A DNA stretch of 64,000 nucleotides. It comes from Lingula anatina. Its lineage: Eukaryota; Animalia; Brachiopoda. The notes below the pieces were generated by a model that saw only the letters and a program-made list of their open reading frames with translations, searched no databases and was not told where the DNA came from. Of this stretch, positions 23,625 through 36,812 are shown one piece after another. Numbering within the stretch: the stretch's first letter is position 1; every line of letters begins with the position of its first letter. The DNA lies in NCBI GenBank assembly GCA_051362555.1, contig CM120648.1, positions 19,650,587 through 19,714,586 of the forward strand. Direction: 5' to 3'. Made by a program: the position numbers and the translations under genes.

Positions 23625-24737
23625 CTTGATAACTCTAGCTGTCTCCTCCATGTCTCTCAGATCAGCTACTGTGTACATATGGTTAGACTCAGGTGCCGGA
23701 GATAACTTTTTACACTCTGCTATGACCTGAAATCGTTATTATGGAAAGATGCAACTGACACTCAGCTGATTGTTCAAATAGCTAAATTATAGAGCAGCTT
23801 TTGTAAAGGAAAATAAAATCGTTAATAAAGTATATTGTCTAAGACACGAAGTCCGAAGCTGTTATTTGAAGGTTGACCTTCCCTCACTTATAATTTATTA
23901 CCGGCAACTGACCTTTTTTAAGAGGTTTTCTCTGCGCGCCGTTAAAACAAGATTTGCTCCCATCTTGGCGAAATGGTACGCCACCTGTTCTCCAATTCCA
24001 GAGGACGCCCCGGTAATGAGCACTCTCTTGCCTCTCACCATGGCTGTGATAAAACTGATATGCTTATATCAGCCTATTATCATTTTGATTTCTGTTACAA
24101 ATCTGGCAATTTAATAACGCACCGGTAGGCCTGATTTAATCCATATGTAATGACAAATATGTGGCTTTATCTTAAGCAGACAACGTAGATATTGTGGTAA
24201 TGGCAATTTCATAGATATTAAAAAAATCATATGCCATAACAAAGTTCTATGTGGCTTTATCTTGGGCAGACGTCGTAAATATTATTTTGGAGACTAGGAT
24301 AGAAATAGTACGAAATCCATGCGCTATCACTCTTCTTTTCGGATACTGATATCCACTGGTTGCGTAAGCAGGTTACAGCCAACACGTACCAGCCATTAAA
24401 ATGGAATGCTAACGCATGGATTCCATACGTTAGGATCGAGAGAAAGAGAGAGTGGTACACAAAAATATGATCGACTGGCGTATTTTCAACCTCACCAAAC
24501 TAAGTTGGTCTGCCCTAAGTCTTTAATCGTTTACTCACATACTGATCACAAGTGTCAGTCCCGTGTCCACATGGTAGAGTACAGTAGACTATATGAACAT
24601 GTACATCAGACTTAGATAAGGACCGGCAAAGACCGTTCATGCTCACCGGGATCGAAATCATCCACGTAGAGGCTGGCGATGTAGACGGCAGTCACAGTGA
24701 GGAGGACAGCAAACAGTGTTTTTGTCTTGGAACCCAT
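20653..24737 (-). CDS. HSD11B1L: 11-beta-hydroxysteroid dehydrogenase 1-like short-chain dehydrogenase (about 302 aa, 6 exons)
   Basis: complement join 24647-24737, 23913-24043, 23625-23726, 22694-22907, 21897-22034, 20653-20885. N-terminal hydrophobic anchor plus DDFDP, TGASSGIG, TARR, LGGLDILVLNH, VNFRSF, VSSTAG, YTATK; all phases consistent, no stops. Confidence 0.92.
21822..21957 (-). repeat. 68-bp duplication of HSD exon 5 end plus GTAAGT donor
   Basis: Second ELALYNSGVSVTLCMVG-like segment and donor at 21827-21828. Confidence 0.9.
23440..23665 (-). repeat. Three copies of HSD exon 3 end (DMEE.ARVIK|GTAC) separated by (CA)n
   Basis: Copies near 23463-23503, 23540-23580 and the true exon end. 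Confidence 0.9.
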
Positions 24738-25645
24738 ATTGAATTTTTTTTATTTCTGAGACGCGACGACCTCTGCAAACCCCACTGACCTTTTAATGTC
24801 CCCACTGCACACACTGCTGGCAGCATTAAGTGTAATACCAGTACATAAGGTCAGCATTAGCATCCCTGCTTTGGCCAGGTCAGTACATTTAAGACTGGGT
24901 TCCCATACCTAGACTGATCTTACAGGATCGATCCATCTCCACGGGGTTTCTCGCTAAATTGCTGCTAAACAATAGTTAATTACCCCCTATCAGCTTCAGT
25001 AGGTGTGACAGACATTTAAGCCGCTTAAGTTAATTGCAATTGAGTGAGAATCCCCATGGAGATAGTTCGATCCAAAGTTAGTACAATAGGGTCTGGGAAT
25101 GGTCTCTTATACCAGTACACAAGCTCGATGGTTGTGTTGTAGCAAGTTCATTTTATTTGTATGCTATCATTACTGTAGAGTAAAATAACATAAAGATGTT
25201 CTGGGTGATCTGTCTTTTCCTGATATGCGAGGTAGGTGATCAAAATCTTAAGGGAAAACAGAAGCTTTATTTGTTTTTCAACATTATTCAAGGTTGCCTA
25301 CTAAATGTGACGATGGTATTGACTTCTGTCTTTTGCTGACAAATACGACTCAGTTATAGTCGTTCTTATTCTTTATTTACTACGTCCCTGTTGTTACTCG
25401 CGCCGCTTCCAACATTTCTATTTCTACCTCTTGCAATCTTTAGCGGCCTTCTCTACGTTTACCTTACATCATAAATACCATAAGAGCATGTCAATCAACT
25501 CAAGTTACTCTACAAAACACTCCCCGCTCCTGTCAATTACTAACATTACATAAATTGCATCAGTTATTCTAACAGATAGAGGGGCTTGTAAATAAAAGCG
25601 GCCGTCAGCGGCTAAGTTTTGAAGATGAAACTGGTGTATGTCTTA

Positions 25646-25941
25646 GGGAGCATACACATCGAGAAGAGCCGAGGTCTAACAAGGCCGCGACCTACATGAA
25701 AGGGAAACCGCTTAATCCTGTAAGGTTCTCTCCGCCTCTCACACGGCTCCCCACTCGGCGGCCCTCGACCGGTTGAATTAACCCGAGATTTAATTAGTGT
25801 GCCCCTGCAGGGACGACGCATGGGGAGGCGTGTGAGAGGCAGAGACCATTAATGGATCAAGCGTTCTTCCTTTCATGTAGAACCGCCATAATTAGATCGC
25901 GGCCTTACTAGACCTCGGCTCTTCTCGATGTGAATGCTCCC
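25646..25941. mobile_element. Tourist/Harbinger-like MITE
   Basis: About 45-bp TIR GGGAGCAT.CACATCGAGAAGAGCCGAGGTCTA..AAGGCCGCGA; TTA TSD. Confidence 0.85.
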
Positions 25942-27058
25942 TTAAATTGTTACTTTTGGTGTGCATTAGGAGACATAAAGGACACACACGTCATCAAAGG
26001 GATTTAATCTCGGCTCCGATGTTTAATTGCTAGGCCCCTGCAGCAACGGCGCATGTGGAGGCGGGGAGACCGTCGAGAATCAGCGGCAGCTCTTGTGAAG
26101 TGTGGTCGACCATATTTAGTCGGCGGATCAGTTAATACTCGGATCATCTTTTCTGAATGGAGCCTTAATCTGTGTTTGTTATTCAACTTCTATTGAAGTG
26201 TCTACACTCATATTTTGTTACTTACATCATAAGATACAGTGGCGGATTTAGAGGGGAGGGTTAGGGGGACCTAACATCCCCCTTCCGTTTTTCAAAAATA
26301 ACACTATTATTCCACCCTTGAAATTAGAGTTTTAACTTGCTGATTTATAGTCAACCTTTTCAAATGGAACCGTTTGACCTTCAAAACACCAAAATATTTT
26401 GAGGCACTTTAGCGGGCCCAAACTAAATCTCAGCACAAAACGAAGTCACAGAACGTTCCGCGCTGTCTTCTAAAACAAGGCCTCGTGTACGTCGTTAACT
26501 TCAACGCTGCGAGCATAAGACCATGCTCGGGGACTAGCGTTGCGCGAGATGAAATAATACGGCATCAGGGTTATCGATTGTAATTACCAATGTAAACATG
26601 CGCAACCACACTGGCCCTCTGCGTGATTAGGTAGAAGGTTTTTATTTGATTTCAAATCTACCAATGAATCTTCTGCGGCTCCGTGTAATTCCACTGTCTT
26701 AACACAGCTAGCTTACCGCGGTACATGTATAGCCTTGTACGCGGGTTTTTATGCAGTATTTTTTCTAGACTTTTTTCCTGAAAATTGCATTAAGAAGTAA
26801 AACGTATATTAGGTGGGCGGGTGGGTCTGGCACAGTGCTGTCGTTGGCGTGCACGGGTGCAGGTTACAACAACGACCTGGCCCTGCAATCGAGAAGGCAA
26901 GGGAAAAAGTCGATGGTTTAGAATAAGTGATCGATTTGACACTGACAGCAAAATTATTACTGGTCATTATCTTAAAGTATTCCTTTCTCTTCAAATTTTG
27001 CTTTAGAATATTAGAGTTTACTATTAAGATTGATTTAGATTCTTTGGATGGTCATAGT

Positions 27059-27532
27059 CAGGGCCGTAGCCCCGGGGGGTGGGGGGGGGGCATGCGCAGG
27101 GGCAGCTGCCCCCCCCCCCCCCCGGGATTTGAGGTGCAAAAAAAAAAAATAATCGCAAAGGTAAAAAAAAAAAATTGCAAAGTTGGTATAAAATCTGTGA
27201 GAAAATGCACTCATGGCCACTAGACAATCATTCAACAATGTGTTTACAAAGGTGTATTGTTTTTAGTCAACTCAGTTCATGCCTAAAAGTCCAATTGGCG
27301 TGTTGTGTTGAAAAAGTGGCTGTACTTATGGCAAAATGAACCCACAATTTCTGACTTCTGATTGAGCAATAAGTAACAGTTAAAATGCACCAGAATGCAG
27401 TATTATACATACAGTTTTTAAAAATTTTCCACACCGTGGGAGTGGGACAGCCCCTCCCACACCCTCCCCTCTCGGGTGCTTTGCTCCCTCGTGTCCGCTT
27501 ACTGCCCCCCCCCCCCTCAGGCTACGGCCCTG
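27059..27532. mobile_element. MITE with CAGGGCCGTAGCC TIR and 5-bp TSD (hAT5-like)
   Basis: Perfect 13-bp TIR, ATAGT duplicated. Confidence 0.88.
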
Positions 27533-28017
27533 ATAGTTCTCTATCCTTGACCAGCTACGCCACAGATCAAACTTGAATGGAGTCAATAGCTAATCCTGCA
27601 TGGCGGCATGCATGTCATACTGCCCTTTCAACAAAAGCAAGAAGTGTTCTTATTTTTTTCAAAAGTCACCCCCCCCCCCCCTTCAAAAAAATCCTGGAGC
27701 CGCCCCTGTCATAGCAAAAAAGTAATCTATCTTGGAACGCTCCGTTTTCGGATTTTCAATACAGGCCTTCCCAACTACCAGACTCGGCACATAAGGATCC
27801 TGAATTAACCGGTATATCGGACCACACTACCCGTTTTCAAGGTGTGTGTCAGATCGCATTTCGGAGTATCACACCCCAGAACAAATTTTGTAGGACGACC
27901 GCGGGCTCATCCACACTCGGCTGTCGCCTTGATTAGAGCTCGTGTACAAGATGAACTTTAACAACGATGATGAAAATACTATGTTTGCAGACTGGCGATG
28001 CGCGGGTTGGCGGGTCA

Positions 28018-28290
28018 GTCACGGCGCAGTCGGTAGCGTGCTTGATTGCAAAAAAAAAAAATAATAATAATAATAAATAAATAAAAATAACAGCAAACCA
28101 TGGTAACGGCAAGTCACGAGTTCAAATCCCAGATGACGCATGTCAGTTCACCACAATGTTCAACGAGCTGGCCCCGCAATCGAATACGAATGCAGGTTCT
28201 CGTGGTCTGAGATGTCGTTTTTGTTTCCAACTTCTTTCCCATCTCGACGCTTTTCCTAATCATAATGCCTCGCTTTAGAAGAAACGGCAG
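28018..28290 (+). mobile_element. Probable tRNA-derived SINE (degenerate)
   Basis: A-box-like CGGCGCAGTCGG and B-box GAGTTCAAATCCC separated by an A-rich expansion. Confidence 0.4.
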
Positions 28291-28944
28291 GACAGGTCAG
28301 AAAATGGCACCACAGGCCACAGGTACTACAGGCCAGTTGTTAATAGATGGCGCAGCGAGCAGTTTTTAGAGGACATTGTGTTTTCGGTGCAAAGATGAAA
28401 AAAACCACTTTCGTCAGGGTTTATAATTGTATTTTTTATGGATTATACAATATATTTCTATTTTTTTTCTTTTTACCTACACAGTTTGGTAAAATGTTTT
28501 TTCTCCTTGATTAAATCGGCTTATAGAAATTTAAATTAAAATTGTTTTGAAAAAATTAATGTAATTTTGAATTTTTACAAGTGTTAATTTCTATAAACAT
28601 GTATGTTCAAGCTCTATTTAAATAAAAGAAAAAAAATAACAGGAATAAAAGTTTAAGCAGAGTTTCGTTTTGTTGATATCGAATAAGAATTAAAAAAAAT
28701 TATGGTGGATATTTACTGGTCGTTGATGCTGTTTCCCCTCTCTAGCTCTGACTTGAAGAGTGACAAGCCCCCGAGTGTCCAGACCCCGAGGCCCACGCTA
28801 AGGAGGCGAGGGCCATTCCCTAAAAAGGCCCCCCCGGAAAATAACCTGTATCCGTCCCTGCGACCCCCCTTTCAATGAATCCTGGATCCGCGGGGAAGGG
28901 GGGCATGAATGCCTGTCAACTCCTGCCTTCGCTTTCTATAATGA

Positions 28945-29460
28945 TCTCTCTACCCATGTGGAATCAGTTACATTTAGGAGAAAACGACACAGCAGGCCAA
29001 GAAATCGTTTACGTTAATATTTTTGATACTGTCTTTTTTTCTCTCTTACAAAGATTCGTAAAAATATTGTCTCCTAGACGTATCTGTTAAATATCCCGAC
29101 TTTTCTTTCTTTTTTAAATTATATAATCTTATATAGAAATTAAAAAATGAGTTAAGGAATTAAAGCCGAAAACCTATTGAATGATCAGAGAGAGAGAGAG
29201 AGTGTGTGTGTTTTGCCTTACAACTCTTACCACCGCTGTCAAAAATAAACTCTCCAGCCGTGTGGTATCAATTATATTTGGGAGAAAAGGACACTACAGG
29301 TCAGGACATCTGTTACATTAATATTTTTGATACTTTTTTTCGCTTTAACAAAAACTTGTAAAAATTGTGTCTCCTTGACATACATGTATCTGTTAAATAT
29401 CCCACTACAATATCCCCAAGTTATATAATCTTATAGGCCTATAGAAATGAATTAAATGAT
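28945..29460. repeat. Diverged tandem duplication, period about 300 bp
   Basis: GTGG.ATCA.TTA.ATTT.GGAGAAAA.GACAC..TTAATATTTTTGATACT..TATCTGTTAAATATCCC present twice. Confidence 0.7.
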
Positions 29461-30158
29461 TACCCATGATACGATAGCTTTCTGTAGGCCTAAGATAAGA
29501 GAGAGAAAGAGAGAAGCGGGGCAGAATTTTGCTGGAATTTTTGGTGAACTTGGCCTGGATGTGGTGTGAAACAATGGACATCGGACACATTTCATCGGAC
29601 TTGAAGAACAAAACTAACAATCACAAAGCAAGCACGAACGTAATCTCCTCTCACGTGGTCAAATGCACCCGCCGGTGGACCACTGGTGTAGGGCCTACTG
29701 CTGATGGTTAGCTGGTGGCAGATTGCCATTGGTAATGTAGCTGGTGACCGGTCCACCGGTGAGCCATTCGCGATTTTCTCATCGTATTGTAAAGTGTAGA
29801 TTTTTTTTTTTTAAATACGCGTATGCGTATTGTAATAACGTTACCTCATTTCGGCGGAAGTGTTTTGTGTTTTTTCCTTTGTTCACTCATTTGGGAGTGC
29901 GCAATTTCCAAGCATTTCATTGGCCTATAAAAAGTGTCACCCCCTGCAGAGTAATGAAAGTTATAATGCCTGGGTCTACTCTTAATATGACTATTGAGTA
30001 TAAAACCGCTGTACTATGGAATTGTATTCTTTTTTTTTTTTTTTTTTTTTTTTGTGAATTTTGATGTTTATAAAATGATACCAGGAGCATATCATTCCAG
30101 AGTCATTTATCTCCCCCGAAGTATTGGTTCACTTCTATTGTCCAGTGTGTGTAACAAA

Positions 30159-30201
<43 letters not shown>

Positions 30202-30374
30202 AAATAAAAGAAAAATAAATCAAAATAAAATAAAAGAAAAATCACTGTTACAGGTGATAATTGTGATGAGAAATATTAGTTTTATGCATATCTATTTTAT
30301 CTGATATTAAATTATTATTTTCCAGTTACCTTTGTACGGCATTTCTTTTGTGCGTCTATAGTTTTGCTGTGAAA

Positions 30375-30525
30375 AAAATACCGGAACTCGTGTTGCGCAA
30401 AGGATTATGGTCTATATGAATGAGGCGCCATTTTCTTCAACAACCAGGAAGTAACAGGACGGAGATTGTGGGATAATGTTGAACATATTTGACAAAGAAA
30501 GAGATATGATCTGACCGACTTGTAG
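30375..30525 (+). promoter_or_regulatory. Putative promoter / 5' UTR exon of the NHL-ROCO gene
   Basis: ETS-like CCGGAA and CAGGAAGT, YY1-like CGCCATTT, TTGCGCAA palindrome; donor-like AG|GTATAT at 30526 and acceptor TTACAG| at 30620 before the ATG. Confidence 0.4.
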
Positions 30526-30633
30526 GTATATGGAGCAAGTGTTTATGTTACTGTGATCTCCAAGCTGCAGCACCAGAAGTGAACATAAAGTTTAGCAATC
30601 GCTGACAGAAATATTACAGGATCTACTGTCGGA

Positions 30634-31555
30634 ATGGAAGCCATGTTAGGGCAGTCTAGACGAGGTGTAAATCCAAGATCAGGACAGGTGACAGTACAGA
30701 CACAACCTCCATTAGCTGGACAGGAAACAAATACAACATTAGCTACACATCCTAATGTTTTCTTAGAGAAGGCAGAATGTGTGCGTTCCTTCAGTGCTAA
30801 ACTGGAAGATGATAGAATAACTGACATAACTGGGTTAGCCATAGATAAGGAACACATGTTTGTTGTGGATAGATATAACAACAGAACAAAAGTATTCACA
30901 CATGAAGGACAATTTAAGTTTGACATTAAAGTAAACATACCATGGGATGTGGCTGTGTCACAGACTGGTCACCTGTATATAACATCATGGGGTGACAGAT
31001 GTGTCCAAGTGTACTCCACCAGAGGTCAGCAGGTGACAACCATGGGTCAGGGTCTACTGGAGTTACCACGGGGTATTACACTGAACAGACAAGGTCATGT
31101 GATGGTTTGTGACAGTGTAAAGAAGTCCATCTTCACATTCCATGCAGACAGTGGACAGCTCCTGAACACTATTCCACTCAGTATGTGTGAATACCCAGAG
31201 TACATCACAGTGAACAGTGTGAATGATAACATTGTGATATCAGACTTGGACTGTGTACATGTGCTGTCACCTACTGGTGATCATCTGTACCAGTATGACG
31301 ACAGCAGAGAAGGCAGTGGACTGAGTTCACCACGTGGAGTGTGCACAGACAGCTATGGTCACATCTTCATTGCTGACTTTAGTAACCACAGAATAGTGGC
31401 ACTGAGTCCACAGGGACAGTTTATCAGATACATTGTCACTATGGATGATGGGTTGAAGGATCCCAGTGCAGTGGTCATCAACCCTGCTGGTGAACTGGTG
31501 GTGGGAGAGGATGACGGCAATGTTCATGCATTCCAGTACATTGAACTGAAACAAG
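30634..31555 (+). CDS. NHL-repeat (TRIM2/3/71-type) beta-propeller exon
   Basis: Repeats [50 protein letters not shown]; ends at strong phase-1 donor AAG|GTGAGT. Confidence 0.9.
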
Positions 31556-32404
31556 GTGAGTAACATGTATTAACTGTGGATAGATATGTTTATTATGTAA
31601 AAAATTAGAAAGTTTATTAGTTTTACAATGTTTTTATCCATGAATATGTTTGCCTTTATTTCAATAAAAAAAACTTTTAAGCAAATTTAAATTCAGTGAG
31701 CACACAGCTGTGCTTTAGTAAAAATGTATGTAGAGTGGAGACATTTTCTATAGTTAATACTTTACTGTTACTGACAAATTTCTATGAACCCATTATAGTG
31801 ATTAGGATTTTGAATAATGATGAAGAACTCTTTTTAATGGAATTTATAGTATGCTTTATTTGTATTTTTATTAAGTCACAAGAAAAACATCTTACATTGT
31901 TTAATCCCTGAACTTCTTGTCCATTTGTCAGTAAAGAACAAATCAAGTCTCACAACAGAACAGTCCAATTCTTCATATTCTTCATCTTGTAGCTGTTCAT
32001 GAAAGCTTAGATATACCTCAATATATCTCAAATGTACTTTGTCAAGTTTCTCAATGTCTTACCACTTCTAGATTCAAAGACATTTCATCACCAGTTTGTT
32101 GTTAACACACACAAATAAATTAAATGTTGAAGTACTTTGGATGATACCTTATTTTCCTGACTTTATGGATTGTTGTTTGCAAATAAAACTAGCAGACGAC
32201 CATTTTTCATGAAATGGAACTACTTTTTACAGGAAGTAGTGTATTCATACACAACAGTGACCTTGGGTTTGGAATACAAAAAAATAGTACATGCATTCAT
32301 ACTGTCACAGCATGCAAATTATAATGAAATATACAAAACTAAACACATTTTTATGTAACACAAGTTAAATGCATTTTTATTTATTAAAATAATTTATTTA
32401 TTTA

Positions 32405-32447
<43 letters not shown>

Positions 32448-34265
32448 CTGGATAAAAACATTGATGAAATGGTTTTGACCACCTTTTTGGACTTTTTAAA
32501 CTTCATGCTGATAGACCCACATATTTATGTCAAAGGCCCGGACTGAATCTAGTCCCATGCATAAAAAGCCCAGACCCCATGTTTATTACGCCCTGGCTGG
32601 GCCCATTCTTTATGGTGTTTGTTTTGTTAACAGCATAGTGGGCAAGTTAATTGACCAAGTTAATTGGCCAAGCTGCCAGTTTGTTTGTATGGCATGTGCG
32701 GGGGGGGGGGGGGGGGGGGTCTTATAGAATAATAAAATCAGACAGAATATGCTGTGATTCCTAAATAAAATAGATGGGGGGGGGGGGGGGTAGGAGACAC
32801 CAAGGGGCTTATGATTATAAATACCATAGCATTAATAATAATGGTTACATATGCACAACTCCTTCCTTATGTTTAAGTCATAATATGATAAATTCATCTT
32901 ATTATCATGTTGGTGTAATATTTGGCCTTATCAAATATGTTTTTCATTGCATTTAACAAAAATAAGTAAAATGTGTACAAAAGCCTGTTTCAGCAAAATG
33001 GTTAAAATAAATTTTTACTCAGAACATATCTTTGGAAGAACCTGCTAGAGGAGAAGACATATGTTGTGGGAATTATACACCAATATCATATTCACCATAA
33101 ATCATTGACATAAAGAGCTAGTGCATCATATTTATGACCTAAGTTGAAAATGACCCATTATCAGCGGGCGATGTCGATGAGCCAGAAACAACAGAAATGC
33201 CGTTCAGTTCCAAAATCAGAATAGTTGCTTTATTGAATTTCACTTAGATTTTTATTACAGATTACTAGTCAAAATAACATTGTTTCATGTTTATTTCTTT
33301 GACTTTCCACTGAGAAACTCTGGAAGATAACTTTCACACACACCTAATGCATGCCAGCACATCTTCAGCTTTTGACTTCATTCAAGTATGTGTGAATAGA
33401 ATACTTCCACAGTCCCTCAGCTTTACACCTAAATAACCTTATCATAATTAATCTCCTGCTCAAATAAGTTTTGCGCCTCAAAACTTTCACAATTAAAATT
33501 AAATAATCTATTTCCAATAAAATTCTATATCATAACAGTTAAATCATTTTATTTAAAATCATGCTTAATTAAAGATACCTAAACATTATTTAATCATATC
33601 ATATTCTGTTTATATAAAACTTCTCATTACTGTTAGTATGCACACACAAAAAAAAAATTTGAATTAATAAAAAAATTATAAAGTAACATTACATAATACT
33701 CATTCCCTACAGCAAATATACTAAAATTTAACATAACATATCTTAGTTGTATTAATTGGCTATATACTTCTAATTAATACTCCTTCAGTCCTTTAATACA
33801 TATCTCTAAAAAAAATTAACACTAGTTAATCAATTATGATTACTTCCATCTTGTAATCATTATCTTATTTTAAGATAAAATTTATAATCCATTAAAATAT
33901 TTTTAAGCATACATATAAATATATTGTTTATATTAATAAGTTGTCATTCAGTCAATATTTCAGCACAAATAATCATTTAATGTTTATGTAGTATGAAGCA
34001 ACATAACATTTTCACTTAATAAAAAATGTTAATCATTTGCTTACTTATATATCCATATCAGTATCATACAATAAAACTATCATTTAAACTACTCAATTTA
34101 TTAGTAACACTTAAGTATCTTCAGTTCATTCTGTTAAATTGTACCATTTAATATATATTATCCGTTATTGATCAAGGATATTTACTCTTCAACTAATAAT
34201 ATTCACTTCCCATTTCAATAACATTTTAATGATTCCTGTTACAAACAAACCAAAAAAAAAAAAAA

Positions 34266-34314
<49 letters not shown>

Positions 34315-36776
34315 AGTGAAAATACATGCAAAAATATGTGGGTAAATAAAGAAAAATGTTAGTTATAACATTGATAAGCTCATTAAGTTCTATTTAAACT
34401 GAATAATAAATTTATAATTCATTACTTGTTATAAATGTTGTTTAATAGTGAAATAAAACAATTATATAGAAAGTTTAAAAAAATACTAAATCTACTTAAT
34501 TCCTTAACATGACATTAAACAAAACAATATGGCACAATTAAATTTGACTAAATGTAATATATATTTATTACAAACAAAAGCTAGGCATAACAAAACAAGT
34601 GCAGATGAAGCAAGTATTTGAGTAAACCATCCTCCTTTTGTTTATTTACATTAAAACAATCTAATATTGGCACAATGCTAATTTCTCTCCTCTCTTAAAA
34701 AAATATTTATTCAATGATAAACCAGAAATTGATCATGCAGAAAAATGATTCTGGCATCAAAATTTTCTTGGAATATTTTCATTATTTTAAAGTATTTCCA
34801 GCAGTTTATTTGAAACTAAATGGCAAGATAAGAACTTTTTTTTTTTTTGTTGACTTGATTGATAATTTTTATGTACAGACACAGATGTGTCTGTACATAT
34901 AGCCGTCATTTGCGTCTGTCGTCGCCATCGTTGCTGTCGTCGCCGTCGCCGTGCACTTTTACCGATAACACGATAAGTGGAAAACTGTTTTTTCTTTTTG
35001 TTTGAAACTTACAGAACTGATGAATATTCATAATACGCAGGTCAAGTTCGAAAATCAGCATGATCGGGTCACTTATAGGGAATTTGTGCTGTTTTTTCAC
35101 TTTTTTCAGCATATATGCAGCACCGATAACACAATAAGTGGAAAACCATTTTACCTTTTGGCTTGAAACTTAAAGAACTGATGAATATACATAATACGCA
35201 GGTCAAGTTCGAAAATCAGCATGATTGGGTCATTTTTAGTGAATTTAGGCTATTTTTTCTCTATTTTCAGCATAAATACAGCACCGATAACACGATAAGT
35301 GGAAAACCATTTTACCTTTTGGCTTGAAACTTACAGAACTGATGAATATTCATAATACGCAGGTCAAGTTCGAAAATCAGCACGATCGGGTCACTTATAG
35401 GGAATTTATGCTGTTTTTTCACTTTTTTCAGTATATATGCAACACTGATAACACAATATAAGAAAGACAGATTGGCCAATTGTTGTAGAAGTTATGCTGT
35501 TTTTTCACATTTCCTTACATTCAATTCTTAGGCATGTTAACAGTCTCATTATTGAACTAATAAGGTACATAAAAGTGTTTGTTTGACATTTCCTGCATCT
35601 TTACAACATTGTTAGTTGATTTTGTAAAAATGATGGTAAACTTGTTATCATGTATTGTGTAATAAAGTGTCAAAAATGGAAATAAACTCATATCATTGCA
35701 GTTTGTCAGATGCATTCATCCACTATGTTCAGAATCTCAGAATGGAGGAAGTTGGACATTTAACACTGTTCTATTGATACTTTTCCCATCTCATCAATTT
35801 TCTTAGTTGGTCATATAAAAATGGCAGTAAACTGTTTATTTTGTTTTATGTTAAAAAAGTGTTAAAAATGGAAATAAACCCATTTCAGAACAGTGCTGTC
35901 TTGTTTACATTTTGGCATTTTCAAGATGTGACTTTGAAGTTCCATGGGCCTGAAGACTTTTGCTAGTTACATTTTCTGAATAACCATGATACTAATATTT
36001 TATAATTAAAAATTGATGGTCATTATGCTGTAAAACATTATGTAATATTGCATCAAAATTTGAAGAAACCCCTATTTTGGGCACTGCTCCCATGATGACC
36101 ATTTAAGGAAAATCATGTCACTTACTGTTCTCACACTTACAGGAAAGAAACATGGGACTAAAATACAGCTTCAGTAGGCAATGCAGTCTGTTTGGTAAAT
36201 TTTTATGGCAATTAAACAGTTTTTTGTGAAAATTTAATTTTTCACATATTGGCATTTCCAAGGTGTGACTTAGAACCTCCACGGGCTTGAAGACTCATGC
36301 TAGTCACATTTTGTGAAAATCCATGACACTTATATTTTATTATTAAAAATCGATGGTCATTATGCTGTTAAGCATTATGTAATGTTGCATCAAAATAGAA
36401 GAAAACACAATTTTTGGTGCTGCTGCCTTGATGACCATTATGGGAAAACCGTGTTACTTATGACTGTCAAACTTTCAAAAAAGAAACACAGGACTAAAAT
36501 GCAGCCTGAGTTAGAAAAGCAGTCTAATTGGCTTCTTTTTCTGGAAGTTATACATTTTAGTGTAATATTCATTATCTTTTTGGCATATTCATTGTGGGAC
36601 TCGGAGCTCCCAAGGACATGAAGCCAAATGGTAATCATATTTTCTACATGTCCATCCTATTTATAGTCAATAAACAAAAATTGGTGATAATTATTCTCTA
36701 ATTTATTATGTAATGTTACATCAAAATTGACAACAATCTTTTTGCGCTGCTACTGCAAACTTTTAATCTTCCAGTT

Positions 36777-36812
<36 letters not shown>

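Noticed and set aside
28018-28135. tRNA gene
   Set aside because: A and B boxes are separated by an A-rich expansion and no cloverleaf can be built; at best a SINE head.
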